Counted from the first letter of the whole stretch, positions 26,221-38,121 are shown. The stretch: DNA of 61,927 nt, filler included, from Sphacelaria rigidula (GCA_964200075.2; 8 parts of 8 records of this genome joined end to end with filler, not necessarily neighbours in it); one strand, 5' to 3'. Numbers and translations are program-made. The notes: generated from the sequence alone by a model not told the origin.

Positions 26221-29200
26221 ACCAGTCCAATTCAAGCAAAGCTTCGACTTCAACACCTTATCCGACGACGACTTAGCAGAGCTTACACCTTGGGTTACAG
26301 TTCTCACATCGTTATACACCCATGCCCAGTCACCTACTTTGTACACCGGACGGTTGTTCACTGCATCATCCAACACGCGGTTTGCCTTAGCTACCTTTGC
26401 TGCGTTGATCAAATTCTGCTCCCGTACCACCTCATGTGCGAGACGAAGACGATTACTGACAGACATATGATACTCCACAATATCCCGATCCAAGCTCTGA
26501 TGACCACCAGGGGGTTCCCTGTCGAACACTGTCAATGGCAACCTGGGCATATGACCAACATGAACTTCATTGGGAGCCAAGCCTGTGGCGGCATTGACGG
26601 AGTTGTTGTAGTTCATTTGGACAAGGGGTAAGTGTAGGTCCCAGTCCGTTTGTCGCTCATTGGTCACTGTGGCAAGCATTTGCGCCATAGTGTGATTAAC
26701 TCGTTCGGTGCCACCCTTAGTGGACGAATGGTATGACGTAGTAGAAACACGATGGGCACCCAGGAGATTACTGATCGCGGCAAAAACGTTGCCGGCAAAA
26801 TGTGGGCCGTTATCGGAAAATAAACGTTTGGGGATACCCCACTGAGGGATGTATGTGTACACAAGGACGTTGGCAGTCCCTTTTGCACTATAGTTGGCCT
26901 CCGAAACAGCATTCATCACAGCATGTCGACTGAACCGATCTGTAAACAACAAAATGTACTTGTTACCCCTATCAGTAAGGGCCAGGGGGCCAAAGCGCCC
27001 ATGAAACTATTTCACCAGGCCCATTGGGGAGGGGCATACAGATTACCGGCCGTCTAACTGTTTGACGCGAAGATTTGTGCTTGGCAAAGAAGACACCGCC
27101 GAACCCACCAACGCACACATTGGTCCATACAAACCCACCAAAGAAAACGCTGAAACATCTGGGATGTCCTAGCGACGCCCAGACGTGTGGATGCTTGTGA
27201 GTGGCATTCATGGAGAATCCATGAACGTAGAAGCAGCGGAGCATAAATACGTACAGGTGGGACATCACCCAACAAACGGGCGTGACTACTTGTAGGATCC
27301 CCTCCAGGAGGTTTCGTGGGGGGCCGGTGAACTACATGAACAACACCATCATCATCCGTATAAAGCATGCCTTTACGCGATAATTCAGTAACTTCATCCT
27401 GTGTGGGGGCTCGGTGGGGCCCTCCTGGCAAAAGGAACTCAGTTTCTGGAAAGGGGCAGGGGCATCCTATGGATAGATAATGTATAGCTGCTCTACAAGC
27501 AGGTTCAGCTTGCTGTTCCCGGGCCCAATCGGCGTGAGAAAAGAGGGTGAGTTCCTCGAGTACACTGTCGGAGGGGTTGTCCAAAACGCAGGGGATCGAA
27601 TCGCTGTGGGATGGACACGAGGCATTATTTAGATCAAGGTCAGAGAGGGTGGTCAGTGTATTTTCAAACGGAACGTTCACCTCTATTCCTACGTTGTAGA
27701 GGGTGTCGGATGGTGTGGTACCGGAGGTGGTACCATCACGGGGTGGAGGAGGCACAGTCGAGGTCTCGACTATGGTGGGAAGAGGTGGTTTGGAAGGTGT
27801 CGATTTTCTTGGGGCTTTACGTCGTGGAGATAACGGGGGCGCAATGAGGCTATCGGGGACTGGAATGGGGTTGGGGATTGGGAGGTCTAAGTCGGCTGCT
27901 GCCAGAGCGGCAGCCGTTTCCGCGGCCCGGCGTCCTCGGGTCCGGCTCGAGATGAGGTCTCGGACTTGAACCGGGAGTACGCAGTCAGTAGAAACCGGCT
28001 CTACAGTGCAAACCATCCGATGGCCAGACGCACGAAATTGATCATACCCGCCGGTACTTGCACGAATTTCACTCTTAACTGAACACAACGATCGTGGGGC
28101 CAAACTGCCCAATACAGAAGCGTGAGCCGAAGGCGTCAGCCTATTTTCAACAAGTGCCGAGTTGTGGTTCAGTGAGTGTGGAGTATAGAGTCCGCGATGA
28201 CCATTTGTGCTTATGAAATATACAATGTCTTCGGCGGGGTCTGTGATGCGACCCAAGGTGGAGTTGTCGATGGGTTGGGCTGGTAAGGGCAAGCGTGACA
28301 GGAAGTCGGCGTTTGCGTTTTGGGAACCTGTGCGGTACCTCAACATGAAGCTGTAGGAAGACAGGATTTCAAACCAGCGTTGAACCAGGGCGTTGTTTTC
28401 CGCCATTTTGGCGAGGTTTTCCAAAGACTTATGATCTGTATAAATCACAAACGGGAGGTCACACAAATATTGTCGGAGTCGTCGCACTCCCCAAACAATT
28501 GCACCGGCTTCTTGTTCCATAACGGACCAGTTCTCTTCGTTTGGGTAGGTGGTTCGGCTAAGATATACAATGGGGCGAACGCTAGCATCGTCTTGTTCCT
28601 GTTCCAGTGTGCAGCCAAACCCAATTTTCGAATAATCCGTGTGCAGTCGGAACGGACGGGAGCCATTTGCCGCAGCTGACCAGTCTGGAAAAACCAGAAT
28701 TGGTGGCTTTAACAATGTGTCGAGCTGCTCTCGTACAATTTTTTCCATTGCCGACGTGAACACGAATTTCACCCCCTTCTTGAGGAGGGTGGTGAGAGGT
28801 TTTAGAGCTTGGGCTGAATTTGGCAGATATTGACGGTAGTAACTCAAACAACCGAGTAAAGAGCGCAGTTGAGAGACATCGTGTGGCATGGGCATCTCTC
28901 TAAATGCGGCAACTTTGTCGAGGTTGGGACTACGACCTTCAGGGCTGATACAATGGCCTAGGAACTCGATGCGCGTGGCTCCAATGCGGGATTTACATGG
29001 GGCGAGTTTCAAGTTGTGTTGTTCAAAACGAGCTAAGAAGGACGCCAAATGTTCGACGTGTTTAGCAGGTGTACTGCCGTGAACCACCGCATCGTCGAGA
29101 TACATGCGGCATTTGGACAGTCCATCAATGACGCGAAACATCACACGTTGAAACGCTCCTGGGGCGCCGGCGGCACCTTGTGGAGTGACCAGCCACTCAT

Positions 29201-29420
29201 ATAGTCCTGACGGGGTGCAAAACGCCGTCAGCTCGATAAAGTGCTGATCCATCACCGGTTGGTGGTAACCGGACTGCATGTCGAAGTTCGAAAAAACTTC
29301 GCCCCCGCCGAGGGAGTCGATGATTTCGTCTATCTGGGGAAGAGGTAGACGTGCAATTTTGGTGACTGCGTTCCGTCGTTGATAATCGATGGTCAGTCTG
29401 ATCTTACCATGCCGGTGGTG

Positions 29421-30590
29421 AAGGCGGATCGGTACAAGACAAGTAAGAGACATGATAGAAATAAGAAGAAAAGGAGCGCCCAGACGCAAAGTAGACGAGG
29501 AAGGACACCTGAAGATATGCGGGGGGTTAAGAGAGCGGATTGGGATAAAAGCACATTTGCATGGTCCAATGGACGCGGCGAACACGTGGAAACTGCGATT
29601 TCGGGTGGGAGACCTGAATCTGCCCGAAAGAAGAAGGGAATTTACCAGCCGTCGAGAGGAGGACGAAGTAGATGCACAGAATTGCCCCTATGGCAAAGTT
29701 ATAGAGAGCAGAAGTCATAAAGTGGCAGAATGTGAACTATACAAGGTGGAACAGGGCGTCCTAGAGGGAGGAATGCGGGACGTGAACGAAGGTGGTACGA
29801 AACCGTTCGAGGCATTAGACAGGAAGGAAAAAACGATGGCTATACTAGGAGATAGATGGTGGCTACATACGGCGAAACACTAACCGTAAGATATGTAAAA
29901 GGTGTTTGTGTAATGGATCAAACGTAATAGGCCCCAAAATGTTGGAGGTGATTCTTTTAGGAGTAGGAACGGTGCCCCGTCTCGAAAGGGATACAGTAGT
30001 GGGCGGTCTAACTATTCATTTTGTGGCATTTTGTGATTTTTTCGTACTTGGCAATTTTCTCGGTCTCTTTCCCCTTGCCACCGCTAATCACATCGGGGAT
30101 CTGAAGATATTTGTATCCGTTCCACATTCTAAGAAAAAAAGTCATATCTACTCAATAGTGAGGGACTTACGAGCTGACCGGTCATCGGGGGTCCTGCCAC
30201 GTTTCAGCCAAGATTCTTACTCTTCTGTAAATTCGGTCGATCCAGCCTGTCCCGATCATATTTGTGAAGAAATGTACAGTTTTAGTTTTTAAAAATTCTG
30301 CTCACCCATTGCACTAGGATCGAGAAACTGTGCTCCACGGTCAATAACACCCTCCTGATAAACGAGGTATTTCTCGTTTCACCCGATAACGCCAACTGAC
30401 ACTGACTTGGGCACTGTGTTTCGAAGATGATCTGTTCATTGTACAAAATTCTACCGACGCTAGCTTTTTCGAGTTCTATCGAAGAGAAGTACGCGAGGAC
30501 ATGCCCACAACACCCCTAAATAGTTAGACCGCCCACGACTGTACCTGGTCAATGGTCAAATGACTCAGGCAAGCAACGAATGAGAATGCT
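29421..30590 (+). mobile_element. 5'-truncated LINE (ORF2 C-terminus plus family B 3' end) abutting the truncated Gypsy RT; split by a Tc1/mariner-like MITE
   Basis: HLHGPMD..KLRFRVGDL..CPYGK..ESRSH..AECELY (zinc-binding C-terminus), homologous to 39040-39300. The 3' terminus resumes at 30544. Confidence 0.75.
29994..30541. mobile_element. 548-bp Tc1/mariner-type non-autonomous element
   Basis: TIRs CAGTAGTGGGCGGTCTAACTATT / AATAGTTAGACCGCCCACGACTG. TA duplicated at 29992-29993 and 30542-30543. The empty site restores GGGATA-CCTGGTCAATGG, matching the LINE terminus. Confidence 0.88.
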
Positions 30591-30591
30591 C

Positions 30592-30681
30592 TGTGACGGT
30601 TTAAGAGACAACCAACTAGACAACTGTTCAGTCAGCGCTGACTTGTCAGTAGTCTAGTTAGTTGTCTCTTAAACCGTCGCA
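30592..30681. repeat. ~90-bp near-perfect palindrome
   Basis: TGTGACGGTTTAAGAGACAACCAACTAGAC...GTCTAGTTAGTTGTCTCTTAAACCGTCGCA, centred on CAGCGCTG. Confidence 0.85.
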
Positions 30682-32053
30682 AGAGTTAGTCGCAGGTTCG
30701 ATTCTCGTCGAACGCGCTTTTCTTGAAGACCTCTATCGTAGCATGACTATGGGACGCATTTATTTACCGGAAGATCAGGTTTTTGACCTTAGTTTGCGAT
30801 CTTCATCGCAATGGCCACACGGCTTCCCCCAGCATATGGTCGCACTGTGGCACCTACAGTCACAACCCCTTTACCCCCCCCACCCCCCCCCGCCACCCTG
30901 GTCCGGCGAGAACCCGNNNNNNNNNNNNNNNNNNNNNNNNNNNNNNNNNNNNNNNNNNNNTTAATTAATTAANNNNNNNNNNNNNNNNNNNNNNNNNNNN
31001 NNNNNNNNNNNNNNNNGACACAATCCCGGGGAGCGGTTGATTCTCATTTCAAAATACGTTCTCATTTTTCTGGCAACCCTGTTATAGGGGTGTTCAAATT
31101 CCGATGCGGTCCTCTTAAGCACGTGGTCCTCTCACCCATTAGAGAGACCAGCCACCAAACACATCGGTCGGCAAGACGGGAATTACGAAATTGCCAGTCA
31201 ACATGCAACTAACTTGTTGAGAACTGCCGCCCTTTGCGCTCACGAAAGGGTGCTGCTGCGTTTACCTTTCAAAAACAAAAAAGAAAGAAAGAAAAAAAGA
31301 CCTTGCTCTTGCTTCATGCACGGCTGCTTCCTCCCCCCAGACCAGCGTGCTTGAAGCTATTCGGCAATAACGTAAAGAAGAAACAAGACAGCGAAAAAAA
31401 CTCACGTTGGACCCGTGCAGCCTCTCGACGACACGGTCACCTACATACAAACAAGGACAAATACCCATCAGTTGCTTTGTGCGAACCCGCCCAGATATCA
31501 ACGGCATGAGAGAAGCCCACGGTTCCGTTTCTTCGGTACGAGCGAGCACCATGCACACGACCGTATTCCCACCGCACGATCATTTTTTCTAAAAACGTAT
31601 CCTTTCTCTGCACAGCCCTTTCTGTGAGAAACTCTGACTGCCGGGCTCATCTTTATGTTACGCGACACCAACGATACCACCCATCTCAAATTGAGTTCCA
31701 CCCAAGCGCTTTCCGCCCTTCGGCAAACAGGTAACATAGCCGCGTCGGTTGTTGCGTCTATCATCTTGACGCTTACGACAAACATGGAAATGCCGCACCA
31801 CGGCAACAGTATACTACCAAGCCTTCAAGCAACAGAAGCTTTTTCTACAACCCCCTTGTCATCGTTCTTGTCCGGGCGTCAAAACCTCAAGAGGTGTACA
31901 TACCCGAGTCTCTGTCATACATACTCCTTGCCTGCCACAACAGCAGCCGACACCCTTCTCACGCATCGGTGGCACTCCATCCCCGCCGATTTCTATATTG
32001 ACACGTTGACCAACGGGATCAACTCTGCTCGCACTGCTGTTATTCGAACCCGC

Positions 32054-32258
32054 TGTTATGCGTGAAAGGACCGCGTGCTTAGAAGACCGCGCCGTAGTTC
32101 AAAACACCTCAGGATCGACGTTTTTCGAAACCAATCGGACCAGTCCCTGCAAGCACCACGCCCCTCACCCTATCCCTAACCCTAACCCTAACCCTAACCA
32201 TAGGGATGTTCAAATTCCGATGCGGTCCTCGAAGCACGCGGTCCTCTCACGCATTACA
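32054..32258. mobile_element. ~210-bp MITE with long TIRs and internal (CCCTAA)n telomeric repeats
   Basis: TGT(T/A)ATGCGTGAGAGGACCGCGTGCTT...AAGCACGCGGTCCTCTCACGCATTACA. Second full copy at 37248-37464; partial copies at about 31085-31141 and 37514-37600. Confidence 0.85.
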
Positions 32259-32261
32259 TGC

Positions 32262-35200
32262 TCATACTTGCTCTTCGCCCGCGGCCACGACAGCACCAGC
32301 ACCAGCACCAGCACCAGCCTCGTTGACCTCGTCCTCGCCGCTCGTCCTCGCCGCTCGCCCTCGCCTCGCGGCGGGGGCCTCGCTGTCTGCAGCAGCAGCA
32401 GCAACTACGACTGTCGACTTCTCGCTACTGCCGGTGTTGCTGGGAGTTGGGTTCTCCACCTTCGGCAGAACCAACCTCGGAGAAACCACCTTCGCGGAAA
32501 ATAAACATCGGCGGGCGGGGGGCCATGGACGAAGGGAGGGAATAACCGGCTGTCAACAGATATGCACGAAGATGCTGTTTTCATGTGTGCATCGCCGTAG
32601 CCACACGTTCTTGGCAATTCAAGTACTCCCACGCTAGAGTTGTGGAGGGCCCTTAAGTTTTGGGCATGTGTTCCCAACAAGACAATCTGCTTGCCAACAC
32701 TGCTGTCCAATGCGATCGGTCTTCCGTTCCCTTTTTGTCGAGCAAATCGATTGGCGAAAACAGGATTATTACGTCACCGAGAAGAGGAACCGGGTCATTG
32801 TCATCCGTTTCGGTCCCGAGTTCAATTTAGCATGCTCCATTTCCCGGCACCCTGTCCACTCTGTCTCAAGGTTCTCTCTACCTCTCTGCTCACAAACAGT
32901 GCGGGAAAACCAGCCGCCCCATGTAGTTCCTCACAACCGTTAATCGAATTCGCGGCCTTTTATGTACAGCCCCAAGGAGGGCCACTGCGGCCGTTGTTAG
33001 TCTTGCTGAAAACCAAAAACATCTGCACAATTATATGTACCTGCAAACTTCGAGGGCAGATGTGCCCGAGGACACAGCATGACAATCGACCAAGACCGAA
33101 GGTTTACGAAACAACGGCAGGGGTCGGCTCTAGTGACAGCCGCTGTCGCTCACCTCGTAGTAGAACTTGAGACTCGTCAAATACACGATCGACGAGAACT
33201 CGAACGCTAATGGGTAAAACACGCTCCACAGACTGAAGTGCCGGTAGAAGATCAAAAGGTGGATGAGCCCGAGGATGTACACCGCCTGGCCGGTTTCATT
33301 ATGTGGTCGGGAAAGGGACGCGCGACGAATCCGTTAGAAAACACGCAACAGCAGTTGAATATCGAGAAAGCAAGAGAAAAGGACCACTGACCCAACAACC
33401 ATGTACCATGTTCAGAAAACGAATGGTACTTGGTTTACTTGTACAAACATATGCTTGACGTTATCGAGGAAACGTCTGGCGGCCTCGAAGGCACTTCTTG
33501 TAAAATAAATCACCGATTTGTCAGAGTGTGAGCGGGGTTGTTCGCGTCTCCTGGGAAGCCATGCGACAGGAAATTGTTATTTTGGCGCAAAAGTCAATTA
33601 AAAAAAACACAAATTTGACCCATGCGGAGCTCGAGAAAGATGAACGGATGAAGATTAAAGGCGACGAAAGCACAGATTTTCTTCTGGCGTGAAGATCAGT
33701 TCCCAATAAAAACAGGTTTGACCCACAGGGGCTTCGAAAGATGAGGGGGTGAAGAGCAAAAAAAGGAACTACGAGAGGATCGTCGCGTGCTGCAGATGAC
33801 GGAGACAAACGGCAACGAGATGCACTACTTAGTCTGGAAACGTGCTGGGGGCGTCATAAAATATAAGGATCTTTCAAAATATCTTCAAAAGGGAAACACA
33901 GCTAAAAACTGTGCCCCACACGAAAAGGATCAACAGGTGTAAAGCAACGCCACGGCCCGAAGTTACCCTCAAGCGCAGCGCCCCGTTATCATCGGGCATC
34001 GCTGCACGCGGAAAATCAAGGTCAACGTGTTGTCTCTCTCGGTCTGCTCTGCCTCGCTCGTTCTGGGTCATACACCAACGTATGTTTTCAAGTTGTCCCT
34101 CAGGCGGTGTCTTCCCAAATGTTTTCTGACTCGAACGAGTTCACTTCGCTTTGCTATGTTTGGGTACGAGCGAATTTGCACGCTTTGAATCGAAAAGGCG
34201 AAGCGAATTTGCGAAGCGGTACTTCTTCGCCTAAATTCATTATACAGTACAGATCAGACAGTACAGACAGTACAACAACAATGGTGGCCTGTACTGTATT
34301 GTTGTTCAGATGGTGTGTGTTTCGCACAGCATGCGGGCGCGATGTAGAAAAGAAGCGGGTAACGCGGCACACAGCAGATTTGACAGACAGCACAGCTTTC
34401 TGACTCTCTGGATGCAAGAGGATGTGAAGCAGATTTTCAGCTACGTGCAGTTTTCCACCGACTCTACTGTCCATGAGCGCGTGGGCAGTTTGATCACCCA
34501 CCCCGACACGCAACTCCGTCGGTGGACCCTGCCACAAAATTAGATGCCCAAGTTTTTGCCAACAACAAGAAACACATCATGCTAGAAGTGTGATGGTGTC
34601 GGTTTCCATCACTGCTGCGGTATATATCCCTGTGCTGAGTTCGTGAACTATGCCGCAGGGTTGGGTACGTAGCTGCGAATGAACCATTTGGGTTTTGCGT
34701 AATTCTGTGAAAGGGTGGTATCTGGAAGGGTTGTTTGCAACATAGGTACTTCTTCTCCTATATATATCAATCAACCAATCAAGTACAGACTGTACAACAG
34801 TGGCGGCCTGTACCACTGTGTTGTGTAGATAGAGCGTGTGTTTCGCTTAGCATGTAGCCGCGATGTGGAAAAGAAGCGGGCAACGCGACATACAGCTGAT
34901 TTGACATATAGCACAGCTTTCTGACTCTCTGCATACAAGAGGATGCGAAGAAGATTTAAACTATGTGCAGTTTTGCACTTCCTCGGATGTCCACGATCGA
35001 GCGCGTTGGCAATTCGATCGCCCACCTGAACACGCAACTTCGTCGGTGGACCCTGCCACAAAGTTAGATGTCTAAGTTTTAGCGAACAAAAAAGAACACA
35101 CCATCATGCTAAAACAGTGGTAATATGGGTTTCTCATCACTGGAGTACTAGTGGTGGGTGTATCCCTGTATCCCTATGCTCACTTCGTGATCTCCTGTGC

Positions 35201-35711
35201 AGAAAGGTTGAGTAAGTATTCAATAGCTGCGAATGAACCATTTGGGTTTTGCGTACCTCAGTGAAAGTTTAGTATCTGGCACGGTTGTCTGCAACATGAG
35301 AGTTACGTGCCGCTTCGTTCATTCCGCCGCTCGTTTCGCTCGAAAAAGCCAAGCTTTTTTGTTTTTGACCCTGCCCGTCGCGCGCAACTAATTACAAAAT
35401 TGACTTGAAGCCATCTAGGAACATAAATGCCGTGGGCGTGTCAGATTCGGTCAGTTCGGTTCGACTGCATGTTCTCGAGTCGGAAAAAAATTGACAAAAC
35501 ACGGCCTTACGCACGTGTCCGTGGGAACACAGAATACTGCTCACAACCAGTCCACGGGAAAAGAGCTCCTCCCACTTACCTGCCACAAGTAGCTGATGTC
35601 AGCTGTCGATCTGCGCTTGTGCGCGAGGTATATCTGCGGCAGAAGAGACGATGCCAAGACCACTCCTCCCACGAAACCAACAATGTTGTACGGGTCTTGA
35701 AATTGTGCCAT
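32262..35711 (-). CDS. Three-exon gene A: single-repeat PQ-loop / SemiSWEET-like 3-TM membrane protein, ~163 aa. Exons 35711-35580, 33285-33154, 32489-32262
   Basis: Spliced product MAQFQDPYNIVGFVGGVVLASSLLPQIYLAHKRRSTADISYLWQ|AVYILGLIHLLIFYRHFSLWSVFYPLAFEFSSIVYLTSLKFYYE|VVSPR...EEQV*. Canonical GT-AG, phase-0 introns, PQ motif plus S-x-x-DIS loop, three hydrophobic helices. The exon 3 acceptor is less certain (alternative at 32459). Confidence 0.8.
34255..35300. repeat. ~0.5-kb diverged tandem duplication inside intron 1 of gene A
   Basis: About 34260-34745 is colinear with about 34782-35298 (e.g. AGCACAGCTTTCTGACTCTCTG, GCTGCGAATGAACCATTTGGGTTTTGCGTA). Confidence 0.85.
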
Positions 35712-36770
35712 GGTTTTCGCGGTCGAAAGAGGTTGCAGCGGAGAAGATGGGAACAGGCGTGTGCGTGGCCGATGGGAGGTGGGTCGCCAGGGTAGGTAGG
35801 GCGCAGTAGAGACACGCGAGACAGAAGAGACGATCTCAGGAAGGGATTGGTGGGAAGAAGATGTGTGGAGAGAGCAGAGGAGGAGGTAAGTGTGAGCAAC
35901 GCATGTCGTCTGACGATCTTCTCCCTGATGGGACAAATGGACAAAAACGAATTGGGTTCGGCCCGCCAGATTCTACCCGCCAAACATGCCGTACAGTCAC
36001 GGTGGTACTCTGTGACAATCTACCCGGAGCCCGAGGAAGTAGGCGCACATCGATTGGACAACGCCTGACCGTCGCGGCTGCATTATGTAGTTGCGCCGAT
36101 AGAGGACTGCCCCCGTCCAGGAAGTCGCGAGGCCCTCAAAGATCTTATTCGGGCACAAGCACCGTATCATACTCACCGTAACCTTGATGTCGGTCACGCC
36201 GACGGCTGGCCAGGAAGAAGTTGTGCTCTGGACCAGGACGTTGTCGTCCCAGTCAGCATTTATTTCCCAAAGAGCATCCACTGAACGCGTCTTGAGCAAT
36301 AGGCTGCTACATCACACCCGTAAAGGGAGAAGTCCCTCACAGTACCCCCCTGTCGCGCCATCATGCGCGTATCATACAGCAGGTCGGCGCTCGGCGCTCG
36401 GCGCTCCTGTCCGCGGAACAGGTGAACGGGTGAACGGGGTAATAGGGTAGAACTAAACCCGAGCAACTTGTTGGTTCACACACAAAATATGTGACTTATC
36501 GGCATTCCACGAGCTGATCCCTCCGCAACTGCACGTGCTTGACGTACGCGGGCTATGCATATGTATGTTGAGAAATCTTGTCCCTGCGAGGGGCCCCATA
36601 TCGGAAAATCCATGAGCCACCCCCGTACCGGCACACACCGTTTTCACCGCGCACAACCGCATACACGAAGCTGAGAACGAGTTCGACACTGTGCTTCTTG
36701 GGCGTCTGGGATCATAGTTACACGCTGATAGCAGAGAAGAGGTCTGAGACAGCAGGAGCCGCACTCAAAC

Positions 36771-38121
36771 ATGCCGAACTCTCTCAGGACGATGTTTCCA
36801 ACTGCGTGGGAACAACGGGCGGTGTTATCCTAGCCTGCGCGTTGATCCCGCAGGTCGTGCTCGCTCACAAGCGACGGTCAGCTGAGAACATATCGTACAT
36901 GTGGCAGGTGTGAACGAACTTTACCCTTGACCTCGCAAATTAAACTTGACCTCTTCTTGCAGTCTACAATTCCATCACGCGGTGTACAGCAGTGCTGAAC
37001 TTGACTGAAATCATGTGTTTTGTTGTTGTTTTGTCTACTGCTGTAGAAAGGCTACTGCTGTAGCCGTGAGTGATCGAGCTTGTTGTGTGATTCGGGGTAG
37101 ACAACCTCTAGTGGTGTTATCGAGTGGGGTGGGTGGATAATTGTTGGCTTGTTGCATCGCGGGTGAAGCGCATGAGCGCTTTTTTTTTGGGAACAAACGC
37201 GCAACAAGCGGCGGAAACGAGAAGTAAGCGCGTTTCTGTGAAGATCCTGTAGTGCGTGAGAGGACCGCGTGCTTAGAGGACCGCACCGTAGTTTATAACA
37301 CCCCAGGATCGACGTTTTTCAAAACCAATCGAGCCAGTCCCTGCAGGTACCACGCCCTTGACCCTAACCCCAACACAAACCCTAACCCTAACCCTAACCC
37401 TAACCATGGGGATGTTCAAATTCCGATGCGGTCCTCTAAGCACGCGGTCCTCTCACGCATTACAGATCTTTTCCAGATCGCTCCGGATAATGCAGTTTCG
37501 GAGAGAACGGCAGTGTAATGCGTGAGAGGACCGCGTGCTTGGAGGACCGCATCGGAATTTGAACATCCCTGGGGTTAGGGTTAGGTCTAGGGTAAGGGTT
37601 ATTATCCCACCCAGACAACGTGCATGTAGTCGTGTGAACAGGTAGGTTCCGTACTTTTGAGGTTGTTCCATAAAGCGTCAGCCTACGTCCAACGAGCGAA
37701 AAATATTCGTTCCAGAAAGACTGTTGTAGACGAAAAAATCCTCCCTCACCGCCCCGGGCCACTGTACGTACAATACCAGCAAGCCAAGTTTGTTGACATG
37801 CTTGGGGTAGGGGGGGTATGTTAGGGTTGCGCTCTTGGCTTGATTAAGATCACTGCCTTCACTTCTTGGCACTGCTGTATTGTTCAAGCACGCAGTAAAA
37901 TAGACCGATAACGATTCCCCGCGTGGAACCCAGCAAACTGTTCATCACGTCGCTAACTAGACTATTTAGATACGCTTGAAGTTGTCTGATCGTATCCGGT
38001 TGATTTGATTTCGCTGCCGCCTGTGCGCCGCTCCTGTTAATCTTCCCTCGTTTGCCGTAACCCGCACAGGTTATTTATTGCACGGGGCTCTGCACGCTTA
38101 TGACTTGCTACGCTCACTCCG
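36771..38121 (+). CDS. Gene B: paralogous PQ-loop/SemiSWEET-like gene, partial. Exons ~36771-36907 and 38070-38121; the rest is probably beyond the contig end
   Basis: AELSQDDVSNCVGTTGGVILACALIPQVVLAHKRRSAENISYMWQ|VIYCTGLCTLMTCYAHS(G)|. 23/36 identities to gene A exon 1, same WQ|GT intron position. The ATG at 36771 is 1 nt out of frame. Confidence 0.72.
37248..37464. mobile_element. Telomeric-repeat-containing MITE, copy 2 (in intron 1 of gene B)
   Basis: Same TIRs as 32054-32258; flanks GATCC/GATCT. Confidence 0.85.

Larger units (their letters stand above)
25095..29420 (-). mobile_element. pol: Degenerate Ty3/Gypsy (chromovirus-like) pol: RT - RNase H - Pro-rich insert - integrase - chromodomain - Tudor-like domain
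   Basis: RT motifs RLTIDY, FDMQSGYHQ, TAFCTPSGLYEW, YLDD. RNase H motifs LHTDYS, EQEAGAI, YTDHKSL, NANADFLSR. Integrase zinc finger (HECH...CLLCQ), core FTDRFS/SDNG/TERVN and WTGP motif. RT-RH-INT order is Ty3/Gypsy. Disrupted by frameshifts, stops and a MITE. Confidence 0.93.

Noticed and set aside
15509-29420. gag-PR (contig 3) plus RT-RH-INT (contig 4) as one retrotransposon
   Set aside because: Separate size-sorted contigs on opposite strands; adjacency is artificial and no shared LTR is visible.
36177-36304. Minus-strand exon-like segment (LLKTRSVDALWEINADWDD...IKVT|GTGAGT) between the PQ-loop genes
   Set aside because: Plausible splice sites, but no recognisable homology and no acceptor linking it to gene A; needs RNA data.
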